Shown piece by piece: positions 34,793-45,549 of a stretch of 64,000 nt of DNA (position 1 is its first letter; each line of letters opens with the position of its first letter). This DNA is from Methanobacteriota archaeon. Its GTDB lineage: Archaea > Thermoplasmatota > Thermoplasmata > SG8-5 > JAGLSY01. The stretch lies in contig JAEHCO010000002.1 in NCBI GenBank assembly GCA_020697715.1, positions 160,001-224,000 on the forward strand, given 5' to 3'. A model generated the notes under the pieces. That model made no database searches, was not told where the DNA came from, and saw only the letters and a program-made list of their open reading frames with translations. Position numbers and translations under genes: made by a program.

Positions 34793-37558
34793 CTATTGCC
34801 CGGAAGTCCCAGTTTCATCCACCTGCTCTGGTTCTTCTATTTCTTCGGATACTTCCGGGGCTGGCTCCTCAATGGGCTCCTCTTCAGGTGCTTGAGCTTC
34901 TGATCTGGACCCCCTCCTCTTCATCATCCCGACCACCAGGGCCATCATGACCACGGCTATAGCTATGATGATAGAGACTGGTATGGCATCATCGTCATCA
35001 ACATCACTGGTGTCGTCACTATCACCAGTGTCGTCATCATCTGTATTGTCATCGTCATCTAGCAATTCATCATCGATCTCATAAGCAGTGGCATCGGTGA
35101 GAGCTAATTCATTCCCCCAGTCATCGAAGGCCAGTACCTTGTAATATGGAGATGATCCAGGACTTGCATCAGTGAAGGTGCGGGCGCCAGCTGTTACATT
35201 GCCTATCTCCGCGTATGTTCCGTTTTCCGAGTCCGCCCTGTAAATTCTGAAGCCAGCCAGATAAGCATCGCCAATATAGTTCCAATCGACTTGCACCTGC
35301 CCATTATCCAAAGATGTCAGGGTGATATCCGTGACTTGTGAAGGGACCAAAGATTCCTTCACAACAAGGCCAGTCATTATATCCGTGGGAATTGCAGCCA
35401 GTCCACTACCATCGATGGCCGTGAAATAATAGGTATATTCGCCTGCTGGCAGGTTCATCGTATGGCTGTACATTATTGGAACCATGGTATCGACACCGGA
35501 AGTAGTGGACATATTGAAAGGACTATCAATTATCTCATTTCCATCCTTCATAATGTGGAGCTTTGGTTCTCCGGTGGCTGGCAAATGACCATCATCCCAG
35601 TACATGATACTGAATTGATAATCTGTGTTAATATCTCCCACGTTTGGATGCAGTCCGTCTGCATTATCTGTATCCGAGGGCCAGCCAAGTTCTGGAGGTG
35701 TGTTCATACCAAAGAGCACATGAAGCTCGGTGACCATCTCATCCGGTCCGGGATATGCGGGATCGTCCCACGCATACATGTAAAGATCATAGACCCCGGC
35801 AGACCAATTGGTCGTATCCAGAGTGATGGTGAAGTTCTCCACGGATGAGTCCAGTGCATTATCCGCAATACCTGCTATCGAACTTGACCAATTATGCTGG
35901 CCGATCGTGATATTCACACCACCGATATTAGAATTCCCGGTCATATTGTCCAGGACTGTCAATCTATAAGTTAGGCTCGAGCTTGCGCCGAGCTGCTGGC
36001 TCGTCGATATTGGAACGATCTCCGGTGGCACATCATCCAGGATGGTCAATTCCGCATGTTCTGAAGCGGAATTATTGTAATTGAAAGCAGAGTCCCAGCC
36101 ATATACGTGATACTCGAAAAGACCAGCTTCTGTAGGTGCTGGCACACTTCCGCTCAGGCTCTCTTCCGTGCTGGTTGGAAGGTTATCAAGGGCCATATCG
36201 ATAGATGATCCCCAATTGCCCATACCAAGTGTGAAGTTCGCCCCTTCGATGTCCGAATCACCACGTCCAGTATCATTGAGGAAGGCAGACAAAATGATGC
36301 TTGTCTCGGAAACATTGCTCAGCAGGTATGTTGGATCTGCCTGGCCATTGATCAGGATATTGGATATTTCGGGAGCTATCTGATCCGTGGATACCACCAG
36401 TGTTGCTTTGGCCACTGGTGTGGAATTGAAATTGTCGTTTGTATCATTTCCATAGACATAGATATCGAAAGATCCAGGTAGCAATGAGGTAGTGTCAATG
36501 CTGGCTGTCACAGTCTCGGAAGGAGAATCAAAGCCACCATCCAGGCTGGCCATTGGTTGACTACCAGTCCAGTTCTGATATCCTATCGTGTAATTGGCAT
36601 ATTTGATATTGGAATTTCCAGTTGCGGAATCATTGAGCTTGGCAGTCAGTGTCACCGAGGTCCCGGGATAAACTCCCTTGCTTGCCAGTCCATCCAAGAG
36701 CACATCGGAAATATCTGGAGCCACATCATCGATTATCTCCAGGGTGGCGAATTCCTCGGTATTGGTATCATTGTAATTATTGTATTCATCCCAACCGTAG
36801 GGATAATAAGTGTAAATTCCAGCCTCGGTCGGCTTAGCCAACTGGAGTTCGAAGGTTTCGGTGGAGCTGTCCAGTGTATCCAGAGGAGGCAAGGTCGTAC
36901 CCGGCCAATTCAATGGTCCCATGGTGAAGTTCGCTCCTGCTATATTGAAGCCACCAGTTGATACATCCATTAGCACCGCACTCAGCGAAATATCTGGGAT
37001 GGCGGAGAGCATGTATTGTCTAGTGGATTGGCTATTGATATAGGCTCCTGTTATCCACGGTGCTTCATTGTCCGGGATGGATTCTGGAATATCATACGAA
37101 ATGGTATTCCAACCATCAGAAGATCCATCTGAAGCCAAGCCAGCTACATCGATATCGACTGAGTCTGTATGCCTTGAGGGTGCGGTCCAATCGAGGGTCC
37201 AGGTTCGTAGTCCACTTCCTGAATGAGTGGCCTGATCTCCACTTATCTGAACTGAGACTCCTGGATTTGACAAAGTGCCTTGTGACACTTCAAGAGAGAA
37301 ACCACCCATAGTGGTAGCAATCACACTGGCTACTGAGATAGTAAGTGGATATACTTGATCCGGAACATATTCCACTGGCAAGCCAGTGATACTAACACTG
37401 ACACCGGGATCTGAAGCTCCATGGCAGCTTCCACCACCACAACTTGTGGCATTGCCCATTTTACCTGATGTATACGCACTGGCTGGAAGAACCACCATAA
37501 TGCTCAATGCGATGATCACTAAAATTGCCTGGCCCTGTTTCTTACTGATGCTGAACAT
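34793..37558 (-). CDS. membrane-anchored surface protein with N-terminal CX4CH motif, Reeler-like domain, Ig-like repeats and FN3
   Basis: Signal peptide, CGGGSCHG, GGFSLE..WTLDWTAP, repeated D..TG.SNI..AN.T units, C-terminal TM. Confidence 0.8.
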   Translation of the reverse strand: MFSISKKQGQAILVIIALSIMVVLPASAYTSGKMGNATSCGGGSCHGASDPGVSVSITGLPVEYVPDQVYPLTISVASVIATTMGGFSLEVSQGTLSNPGVSVQISGDQATHSGSGLRTWTLDWTAPSRHTDSVDIDVAGLASDGSSDGWNTISYDIPESIPDNEAPWITGAYINSQSTRQYMLSAIPDISLSAVLMDVSTGGFNIAGANFTMGPLNWPGTTLPPLDTLDSSTETFELQLAKPTEAGIYTYYPYGWDEYNNYNDTNTEEFATLEIIDDVAPDISDVLLDGLASKGVYPGTSVTLTAKLNDSATGNSNIKYANYTIGYQNWTGSQPMASLDGGFDSPSETVTASIDTTSLLPGSFDIYVYGNDTNDNFNSTPVAKATLVVSTDQIAPEISNILINGQADPTYLLSNVSETSIILSAFLNDTGRGDSDIEGANFTLGMGNWGSSIDMALDNLPTSTEESLSGSVPAPTEAGLFEYHVYGWDSAFNYNNSASEHAELTILDDVPPEIVPISTSQQLGASSSLTYRLTVLDNMTGNSNIGGVNITIGQHNWSSSIAGIADNALDSSVENFTITLDTTNWSAGVYDLYMYAWDDPAYPGPDEMVTELHVLFGMNTPPELGWPSDTDNADGLHPNVGDINTDYQFSIMYWDDGHLPATGEPKLHIMKDGNEIIDSPFNMSTTSGVDTMVPIMYSHTMNLPAGEYTYYFTAIDGSGLAAIPTDIMTGLVVKESLVPSQVTDITLTSLDNGQVQVDWNYIGDAYLAGFRIYRADSENGTYAEIGNVTAGARTFTDASPGSSPYYKVLAFDDWGNELALTDATAYEIDDELLDDDDNTDDDDTGDSDDTSDVDDDDAIPVSIIIAIAVVMMALVVGMMKRRGSRSEAQAPEEEPIEEPAPEVSEEIEEPEQVDETGTSGQ

Positions 37559-37648
37559 GAATACCCCTCTTACTACAGAGAAATTGATCTTATGGTAATA
37601 TCCTTTCCCCCATTATTAGGGAGTAGATAGGAGTGATGATCTACCAAT

Positions 37649-40600
37649 TTACTCAATCTCATCTTCGGATTCGACCTGTTCTGGTTCTTCACTGACTTCC
37701 TCCACAGGTTCTTCTGTTTCAGGTTCATCAACAGCTTCGTCCATTGGTTCCTCTGCGGTTTCCTCAGCCACTGGCTCATCCTTGTTGCCCTTGCCCTTCA
37801 TTATCAATAGAAGAGCAATAACGCCGACCACTGCGAGTATGAGGATTATGTAGAGCCAGTTATTAGCAGGCTCATCGCCTGTGTCATCGGTATCGTCATC
37901 ATCTTCCACAATGTCATCTATAACAAGGCCAGTTGTCGAATCTTCTGCCGTGTAGCCCGGATTCCATTCGTCAGGAGCTCCGTCGTCATCAGCGTCAATA
38001 GACGCTGATGGGTCAGTTGGGAATGCATCGGCATTGTCGCCGGTTCCGTCACCATCTGTATCGGTTGTCTCGGTAGCATCACTGGGGAAGGCATCGCTAT
38101 TATCCCCTACACCATCTGAATCTGTATCAACGGTCTCGGTGGCATCATTGGGGAAAGCATCGTCATCATCTGGCACGCCGTCATCATCCGTGTCTGTTTC
38201 TGTAACTATTTCTCCAATTGCAGGGTCCAAAGGATCCTGATCATCAGCATCGTCTACGCCATCACCATCGTCGTCATTATCCGCATTGTTGCCAGTGCCA
38301 TCCCCATCGGTGTCCACTGTCTCTGCATCATCCAATGGGAAATCATCATCCACATCATCGACCCCATCGCCATCGTCATCAGTATCTGCATTGTCGCCAG
38401 TTCCGTCGCCATCGGTATCTGTGTCTTCAGATGGATCTGTTGGGAAATCATCATCAACATCTTCGACACCATCATTATCATCATCACCATCTGAACCATC
38501 AGCAACACCATCACCATCCGTGTCCAGTAAGATCAAGAGCGTGGCATTGGAATAAGCAATGCCGCCATTACCATCACTTACACTGACACTGACATTGTAA
38601 TAGCCAGCGTCTGCATTTTCGGGACTTCCGGTCAACTCTCCTGTGGCTGGATCGATAGACAACCAGGCAGGTCCAGTAATAGACCATGTAAGAGTGTCAC
38701 TCGTGTCACCATCGGTGACTGTGAAGTTTTCAGTGAAATCACTTCCAGTATTGAAAGTGGACTCGGTGAAGCCAGCAGTAATCGCAGGCATATCATTCAC
38801 ACCAGTTATTGTTATTGTCACAGTTGCATTATCGAATCCGCCATTTCCATCATGTATGGTGTAATTGAAAGTATCTGTCGTACTCTCACCAACAGCCAGT
38901 GTTTGATAGGAGGGTTCAGCAATTGTGAGATAGGTGAATATTCCATCTGGGTTCACGGTAATACTGAGGCCATTGGCAGTTAGTGGATCATTGTCAATTA
39001 CCTGGAAGACATCTGTGGTATCTGGATCATTATCATTACCCAGAACATTACCATTCAGAGGTGTATCCTCGTCAATTGAATATACGTCGTCAACTGCAAC
39101 TGGCACATCATTGACATTGGTCACCGTGATAGTGAAATTACTCCAACCTATACCACCATTGCCATCATCAACAGTCACATTCACCCATTGAGTTCCAACA
39201 TCTGCATTGGTGGGTGTGCCGGATAAGTTACCTGTATTATTATCTATACTCAACCAGCCAGCATTGGTATTCAGGCTCCAATTGAGCACATCGCCTTCGA
39301 TATCCGTGGCATTATAATCCACACTGTAAAGCACATCTTCTAGGGTTACGATGACATCTGCTGTGGTAATCACTGGCATATCATTAACATTTGTCACTGT
39401 AACATTGACAATAGCAGCATGAGTTCCTCCATTGCCATCAGAGATAGTGTATGTGAAGAAGTCTGATCCGAACCAATTCGCACTGGGTTCGTAGGTCACA
39501 TTCTTGCCAGCATCTATTATCGCGACTGCTCCATTGACACCCTGGGTCACACTTATTATTGTTAGATAGTCGCCATCTGGATCTGTATCATTGGTCAGTA
39601 CATTGATCGTATTGGCACCACTGTCCTCGATCGCTGTGTATGTATCATCCACTGCGACAGGCGAAGTGTTCATGGTAACATTGCTCGAAACATTATTATT
39701 GCCCATATTTGGATCAAAAATATCTGATACAGAAGTTCCATCCAGATAGAATGCACCGCTTTCATTTGCCACGAGACTGACTTGCATCCAGGCAGTCTCT
39801 CCACTGGCCAAATAGCCTATCAACCATGACAGTCCGCCTTGCCATAATATAGTGTCAGCAGACTGATTATTTCCCTGGTATATCACATCATTACCGCTTC
39901 CCGTCACGGTGACATTGACATTCACTGCATTGTCTGGTCCATCATTTGTGATATTCACGTAAAATATCACAGTTTCTCCTACATTTATGTGAGATGGAAC
40001 TGCATCCACGGTCAGATCAAGGTCTGCTATTGGGGTTGGAGGAGTTGTACCAAATGCCTGAAGGAATGGATAGGTATTTTTCTCGTATATCCCCCACACT
40101 GTGGTAAAGTTCCAGTTCGTGAAGGTAGCTTGGCTCATCATCTCTAATGTATCATTTCCTGTTCCACCATTACTGCTCACTTGTCCAGATGTCTCTATGT
40201 CCCAGAAACAATCATTGTTGGTGCCAGTACCATTATCTCCGATAAAGCCACCAACATCCACGCCTGCTCCGCTGACACTGCCAACACTGTAGCAATTTGT
40301 GATTGTTCCACCTTGATTGTATCCTGCAAAGCCGCCAACGAAATCTGTTCCAAGACTATCCCCTGTGCCATAGCAATCCATGATGGTTCCAGCTTGATGA
40401 TATCCTGCAAAGCCACCAACATACCTATCTCCACTGGCAATTCCCGTGCTGTAGGATATGGAGATGGTACCTGCGAACATCCGCCCTACGAAACCACCTA
40501 TAATATCATCACTGGGTGTGTTCCCTGTGCTGTAGCTGTCGCTGTAACATTGAGTTATGGTTCCGCCAATAACCCATCCTACAAAGCCGCCGACATATCC

Positions 40601-43600
40601 CTCTCCACTGGTGTTTCCAAATGATGTGCAGTTGGTGATGTCTCCACCATTATTTCCTGTAAAACCACCAACATAAAGGTTCATGGCACTTACATTTCCG
40701 ATGGCGGAGCAGTCATTTATCGCGTCCATATTTCGCCCTGCGAAGCCTCCGACATTGATATCAATTCCAGTAGTGTCTCCTGAGCTGTGGCAATTTGTGA
40801 TAGTTCCAGTTTGATGATATCCTACAAAACCACCAATGAATCCATCTCCATATACATCACCATTGGCCGTACTATTTGAGACATCGCCCCAGTTCTCTCC
40901 GACCGATCCACCAACATAGTCACAGTCCACATCGTATCCAGTAACATCACCGTCGGCATGACAGTTCTCGACGGTCCCATCATTTGTTCCAATGAGGCCG
41001 CCAATATAATCGACACTACTTGATACATCACCATAGGCATAGCAATCGATAGCAGAGCCAGTTGGTGGCTGATAACCTATCAGACCGCCTGTGTTGACAT
41101 CCGTATTATTTACATTACCGTAGGCAGAGCTGTTAGTTACTGAACCGTCATTCCTGCCTATCAGGCCACCAACATCATTGTCACTGCCCGTTACATTACC
41201 CTCTGCCAGTGAATCGATCACCGTACCATGGTTCTCACCAACAGAGCCACCTATCGCCCTTGTTCCGTTCACGGTCCCATAAGCTGTGCATGACTCAATA
41301 TAACCGCCTTCTGTGTAACCTACGGCTCCGCCCACGTACAGGATTCCCGAAACATCGCCGTATGAAATTGAATTGGTGACATTGGCCATTATCGAGCTAT
41401 CATCATTGTATCCCACAATACCTCCAATACAGTCGTCAAGTGCATTAATGGAGCCATGGTTGATCCCGTTAACAACATCGCCGTAATTCTCACCGGCGAT
41501 CCCTCCAACGGAGTTCCAGCCATTGATATCTCCATAGTTCTCACAATCATATACGATATTATTATTGAGACCTGCAATACCAGCGTGGCCCCAAGTATTC
41601 AGGGTGGCCGCACTGATATTTCCATAATTGGTGCACATTGTGATATTTCCATCATTCTGGCCGACGATCCCACCTACAGCCATAGCCACTCCTGTGACAG
41701 TTCCAAAGGCCTCGCAATCATATATCAGATTATTATTATCTCCGGCAAAGCCACCTATTTCATTCATTGTCCCCGAGGCATTTCCAAATGCTGTTGAATT
41801 CTCAATGGTGCCAAAGTTATGGGAGGTAAATCCTCCGATGGTTCCGTAGCCAGACACATTTCCATAGGCCTGGCAATCGTATATCAGGCCTGAATTGTAA
41901 CATACAAAACCACCGTTCTCATTTCCACCTGTGACCGTTCCAAAGGCTGAACAATTGGTGATCGTACCGCTGTTCTCGGCAATGAAGCCTGCCATTCCTG
42001 GCTGTGAGCCTCCATCAACGGTTCCAGAGGACCATGAGTCCCTGATAATGCAATTGGCCTGCGACAGACCTGCAAACCCTCCGGATAGGGTTCCACCTAG
42101 CGTCATAGCAATGTCTCCGGTCGAGGTGCTGTTGTGTATGGTACCACTGGACAACATTCTTCCAATTACACCTCCGGTATGGTCCCTGCCAGTCACATCG
42201 CCAGTATTACCACTGTGTGTGACAGATGCCCCATCGGCCTGACCCACGATACCTCCAACAATATCATCGACAGAATATATATCATTATAATTATAGCTGT
42301 AAGATACGCTACCACCGAGCATTTCTCCCACAATACCGCCGGTCATTCCCCCATTTGAATCTATCATTCCATTATTGACACAGTTGAAGATCGTTCCTCC
42401 GTCCGAGATACCTACTATGCCTCCGACTCTATAAGTGGAGAACAAGGTATTGTTCACATAGCCCCAGTTATTACAAATTATGACATCACCATTGGTCGCG
42501 CCCACAACTCCCCCAACATTACCAGCGAGGCCAGTTATGTCTCCATAGGCATCGCAATTGCTAAGTTGGCCACCAGCGAGCATCTGCCCCACCAGGCCAC
42601 CTACAAAGCTCGAACCAGATACAGTACTTGAGGTAAAGGAATTGGTGACACTGGCTTTGCTGTATCCAATAAGTCCACCAGTCCGAGATCCTGCTCCAGT
42701 AACATCGCCTGTCGCATTGCAACGAGTAATTGTATTATCGCTATTACCTGTCAAGCCTCCTGTGTTTATTCCTGAGCCTGTAACATCACATGATGACCAG
42801 CAGTCCGCTATGGGGCCAGAGAGTGAACCTATCAGGCCACCGGTGTCTGTGACTCCCGAAACAACACCATGGGATGAGCAGAATTCCACATTCCCGAAGT
42901 TCCATTTCGCTCCTGCCAGCATACCAACCGAATCTCTTCCAGTAACATCGCCAGATACTGAAACGTCTGTCACGTCTCCAAGGACACCTATAGCTCCGAA
43001 AAGACCCTGGTAGTCCTCAGCTGGCCTGTTGATGTAAAGACCAGTTATCGAGTAACCCTGTCCCTGGAATGTGCTATCAAAGCTGGTTCCCTGGAAGTCT
43101 ACAGTTCCGCTGTCAGTGTCGGGAGCAATGGGCAAGAATCCTTTTCCTCCGTTGGAGGCATTGGTTCCCCACATCTGCGCTGCATCCAGAATATCCATCT
43201 GGACATCATTGCCCAGTTCGTAATCCGCAGTCGTATCCATGGCCATTAATTGAAGTTCATGTGAATTGGTAATTCTGGTATTGTATTCCATCCTGAGGAA
43301 GGGACGGGTCTCGCCTTCGATCATCCACCAGTCATTTGTGAAGTCCCAGCCAGATCCTGTGTATGTTGTCTCTGTCATTGCCTGGGCTGTTGTAAGTCCA
43401 GTCGCTCCACTAGTATTCCCACTTTCTATCCCAGTTGCCATAGCGGAACTGGCTGTGTCCCAGAAAGAATCCATGACAGTCCCTGCATTACTACCCAGGA
43501 ATCCACCAAGGTTTGCGCCTCCGATCACACTTCCTGTTGCATATGAACTGTTGATCCATGCAGTATTATAACCAACTAGACCGCCAATGAACTGGCCATC

Positions 43601-45463
43601 CAAAGTTGTGGCTGATGTTACATCTACAAGGGCATAACAATCATTCACAGCCCCTGCACTGTTGTATCCAACAAGGCCACCTATATTGTCATGGGTTCCA
43701 GTTATGGTTCCCGTGGCATAGGATGTGATCACGCTGCCCTGCCAGTTATAGCCAGCCACTCCGCCCATAGCACTTCTTCCGACCAGGTCTCCATCAAAGT
43801 AAGAGTTCTCGATCAAGCCGCCCTGATTGTATCCAACAAGGCCGCCGGAGTTTATATTACCTTCAACATCCACTGTAGAGAAACAGTTCGATATCGTACC
43901 CTGTATATTGTGTCCAACAAGGCCACCTATCATCTGTGTAACTCCTGATACTTTGCCTGATGCATAGCAATTGGAGATGGTTCCTTGGATCGCAGAGCCA
44001 ACTAAACCACCAACATAATCATTACCAGTTATGTTCAAGTTCACCAGACCGACATTTGAAATCGAACTTCCGGTATCCATTACTCCAAACAAACCCAGAT
44101 TATTAACTCCTGTATTGTATATGTAGAGATCAGATATTGTGTGATTATTGCCATTAAGGGTGCCAGTAAATTCAGCAGTGGCCGATCCAATATGATAAAA
44201 ACCATTTCCTGGCATTGTTGTTGTGGACCACATGCTGGAGGGTTCTGTCGAGTCAACCTTGAAATCCTGCATTATCTGATAATCTGCCGATAAGGTGCCA
44301 GCGTCCATCATTATCAACTGAAGCTGGTGGGAATTGCGAATATTTGTGTTGTATTCTGACTGAAGGAAAGGTCTGGTACGGAAATTGCCCATCCACCAGG
44401 TGGAACCAAAATCCCAGCCAGCATAGTTAGCCTGGGATAATGCTTGGGCGGTTGTAAGGCCAGTTCCCGCTGCACTGGCTCCCAATCCTGAGGTGTCAGA
44501 GTCCCAGAAGCAGTTGGTCACTGTACCGCTTGGTAAGTTACCGATAAATCCACCACTAGTACCTCCGGTCGCAGTGCCAGTACTGTAGCAGTTCTCGATG
44601 GTCGTGCTGCCTGTTTCCTGCATACTTCCCACAAATCCACCAACGAAATTGACACCGGTCTCAGCATCTCCCAGCGCATATGAATCATATATATCGCCAT
44701 AGTTCAAGCCAGCGAACCCACCAACATAGGATGAGGTGCTGTATACACTTCCTGTGGCATAGCATCGGCGGATTTCACCAGTAACCTGATTAAAGCCAAC
44801 AAGACCACCGTTTGCCTGGTCGCTCCCAATGACATCCGCCTGGCTGTAGGAATCAAAAATCTGGTTATGATTGTTGCCAACAAGGCCACCAACATAACCC
44901 CCCGTGCCTTCAACATTTCCTTGAGAGGATGATGACGTTATTGGACCAGCGGATGATTGGCCTATTAGGCCCCCTACATTTTGGACTCCGGAAACCTCTC
45001 CAGAGACCATGCAGTTATTGATAGCCCCATCATTCTTTATACCTACAAGACCCCCTACCCAGTCTTCTCCGGTTATGTCAACATCTATAAGATTGAGGTT
45101 GGAAACAATGGATCCTGTTGTCATGATAGATATCAATCCAACAAAATCCTCTGTTGGCCTATTCATGTAAAGTCCGGATATTGTGTACCCTTGACCATCA
45201 AAGGTACCGCTAAATCCTCCGATGGTATCAAAGCCCAGACCTCCATTCCAGTTCACGGTATCACTGGCATCGATGTCATTCATCAGAATATGATCTTGGT
45301 CTCTGTGGGCATTGATATCCTGCAGATCTGCAAGTGTGAATATCTGGTAGAGGGCTCGTACCTCATCCCCATCATCCTTTGCCTCAACATCGTTCCCGAT
45401 CAAGATGATAAAACTACTGGCTATTAGCATGGCGCATATCAATATAGTGGATATTTTCCTCAT
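37649..45463 (-). CDS. giant (2604 aa) GLUG-repeat surface protein with DUF11, cadherin/Ig-like and TSP3 repeats and a C-terminal TM anchor
   Basis: Many VGGLVG-x-N motifs, ITNDGPDNA, VLTNDTDPDGD..FTYTISDGNGG, DTDGDGTGDNAD repeats. Confidence 0.9.
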   Translation of the reverse strand: MRKISTILICAMLIASSFIILIGNDVEAKDDGDEVRALYQIFTLADLQDINAHRDQDHILMNDIDASDTVNWNGGLGFDTIGGFSGTFDGQGYTISGLYMNRPTEDFVGLISIMTTGSIVSNLNLIDVDITGEDWVGGLVGIKNDGAINNCMVSGEVSGVQNVGGLIGQSSAGPITSSSSQGNVEGTGGYVGGLVGNNHNQIFDSYSQADVIGSDQANGGLVGFNQVTGEIRRCYATGSVYSTSSYVGGFAGLNYGDIYDSYALGDAETGVNFVGGFVGSMQETGSTTIENCYSTGTATGGTSGGFIGNLPSGTVTNCFWDSDTSGLGASAAGTGLTTAQALSQANYAGWDFGSTWWMGNFRTRPFLQSEYNTNIRNSHQLQLIMMDAGTLSADYQIMQDFKVDSTEPSSMWSTTTMPGNGFYHIGSATAEFTGTLNGNNHTISDLYIYNTGVNNLGLFGVMDTGSSISNVGLVNLNITGNDYVGGLVGSAIQGTISNCYASGKVSGVTQMIGGLVGHNIQGTISNCFSTVDVEGNINSGGLVGYNQGGLIENSYFDGDLVGRSAMGGVAGYNWQGSVITSYATGTITGTHDNIGGLVGYNSAGAVNDCYALVDVTSATTLDGQFIGGLVGYNTAWINSSYATGSVIGGANLGGFLGSNAGTVMDSFWDTASSAMATGIESGNTSGATGLTTAQAMTETTYTGSGWDFTNDWWMIEGETRPFLRMEYNTRITNSHELQLMAMDTTADYELGNDVQMDILDAAQMWGTNASNGGKGFLPIAPDTDSGTVDFQGTSFDSTFQGQGYSITGLYINRPAEDYQGLFGAIGVLGDVTDVSVSGDVTGRDSVGMLAGAKWNFGNVEFCSSHGVVSGVTDTGGLIGSLSGPIADCWSSCDVTGSGINTGGLTGNSDNTITRCNATGDVTGAGSRTGGLIGYSKASVTNSFTSSTVSGSSFVGGLVGQMLAGGQLSNCDAYGDITGLAGNVGGVVGATNGDVIICNNWGYVNNTLFSTYRVGGIVGISDGGTIFNCVNNGMIDSNGGMTGGIVGEMLGGSVSYSYNYNDIYSVDDIVGGIVGQADGASVTHSGNTGDVTGRDHTGGVIGRMLSSGTIHNSTSTGDIAMTLGGTLSGGFAGLSQANCIIRDSWSSGTVDGGSQPGMAGFIAENSGTITNCSAFGTVTGGNENGGFVCYNSGLIYDCQAYGNVSGYGTIGGFTSHNFGTIENSTAFGNASGTMNEIGGFAGDNNNLIYDCEAFGTVTGVAMAVGGIVGQNDGNITMCTNYGNISAATLNTWGHAGIAGLNNNIVYDCENYGDINGWNSVGGIAGENYGDVVNGINHGSINALDDCIGGIVGYNDDSSIMANVTNSISYGDVSGILYVGGAVGYTEGGYIESCTAYGTVNGTRAIGGSVGENHGTVIDSLAEGNVTGSDNDVGGLIGRNDGSVTNSSAYGNVNNTDVNTGGLIGYQPPTGSAIDCYAYGDVSSSVDYIGGLIGTNDGTVENCHADGDVTGYDVDCDYVGGSVGENWGDVSNSTANGDVYGDGFIGGFVGYHQTGTITNCHSSGDTTGIDINVGGFAGRNMDAINDCSAIGNVSAMNLYVGGFTGNNGGDITNCTSFGNTSGEGYVGGFVGWVIGGTITQCYSDSYSTGNTPSDDIIGGFVGRMFAGTISISYSTGIASGDRYVGGFAGYHQAGTIMDCYGTGDSLGTDFVGGFAGYNQGGTITNCYSVGSVSGAGVDVGGFIGDNGTGTNNDCFWDIETSGQVSSNGGTGNDTLEMMSQATFTNWNFTTVWGIYEKNTYPFLQAFGTTPPTPIADLDLTVDAVPSHINVGETVIFYVNITNDGPDNAVNVNVTVTGSGNDVIYQGNNQSADTILWQGGLSWLIGYLASGETAWMQVSLVANESGAFYLDGTSVSDIFDPNMGNNNVSSNVTMNTSPVAVDDTYTAIEDSGANTINVLTNDTDPDGDYLTIISVTQGVNGAVAIIDAGKNVTYEPSANWFGSDFFTYTISDGNGGTHAAIVNVTVTNVNDMPVITTADVIVTLEDVLYSVDYNATDIEGDVLNWSLNTNAGWLSIDNNTGNLSGTPTNADVGTQWVNVTVDDGNGGIGWSNFTITVTNVNDVPVAVDDVYSIDEDTPLNGNVLGNDNDPDTTDVFQVIDNDPLTANGLSITVNPDGIFTYLTIAEPSYQTLAVGESTTDTFNYTIHDGNGGFDNATVTITITGVNDMPAITAGFTESTFNTGSDFTENFTVTDGDTSDTLTWSITGPAWLSIDPATGELTGSPENADAGYYNVSVSVSDGNGGIAYSNATLLILLDTDGDGVADGSDGDDDNDGVEDVDDDFPTDPSEDTDTDGDGTGDNADTDDDGDGVDDVDDDFPLDDAETVDTDGDGTGNNADNDDDGDGVDDADDQDPLDPAIGEIVTETDTDDDGVPDDDDAFPNDATETVDTDSDGVGDNSDAFPSDATETTDTDGDGTGDNADAFPTDPSASIDADDDGAPDEWNPGYTAEDSTTGLVIDDIVEDDDDTDDTGDEPANNWLYIILILAVVGVIALLLIMKGKGNKDEPVAEETAEEPMDEAVDEPETEEPVEEVSEEPEQVESEDEIE

Positions 45464-45549
45464 ATAAATTCCCCAATTTATCCTATGGGGAAGTATATCC
45501 TATTAATGGCATTAATAAATTTGTATAGGGTGGTTAATTCTGACTTATT

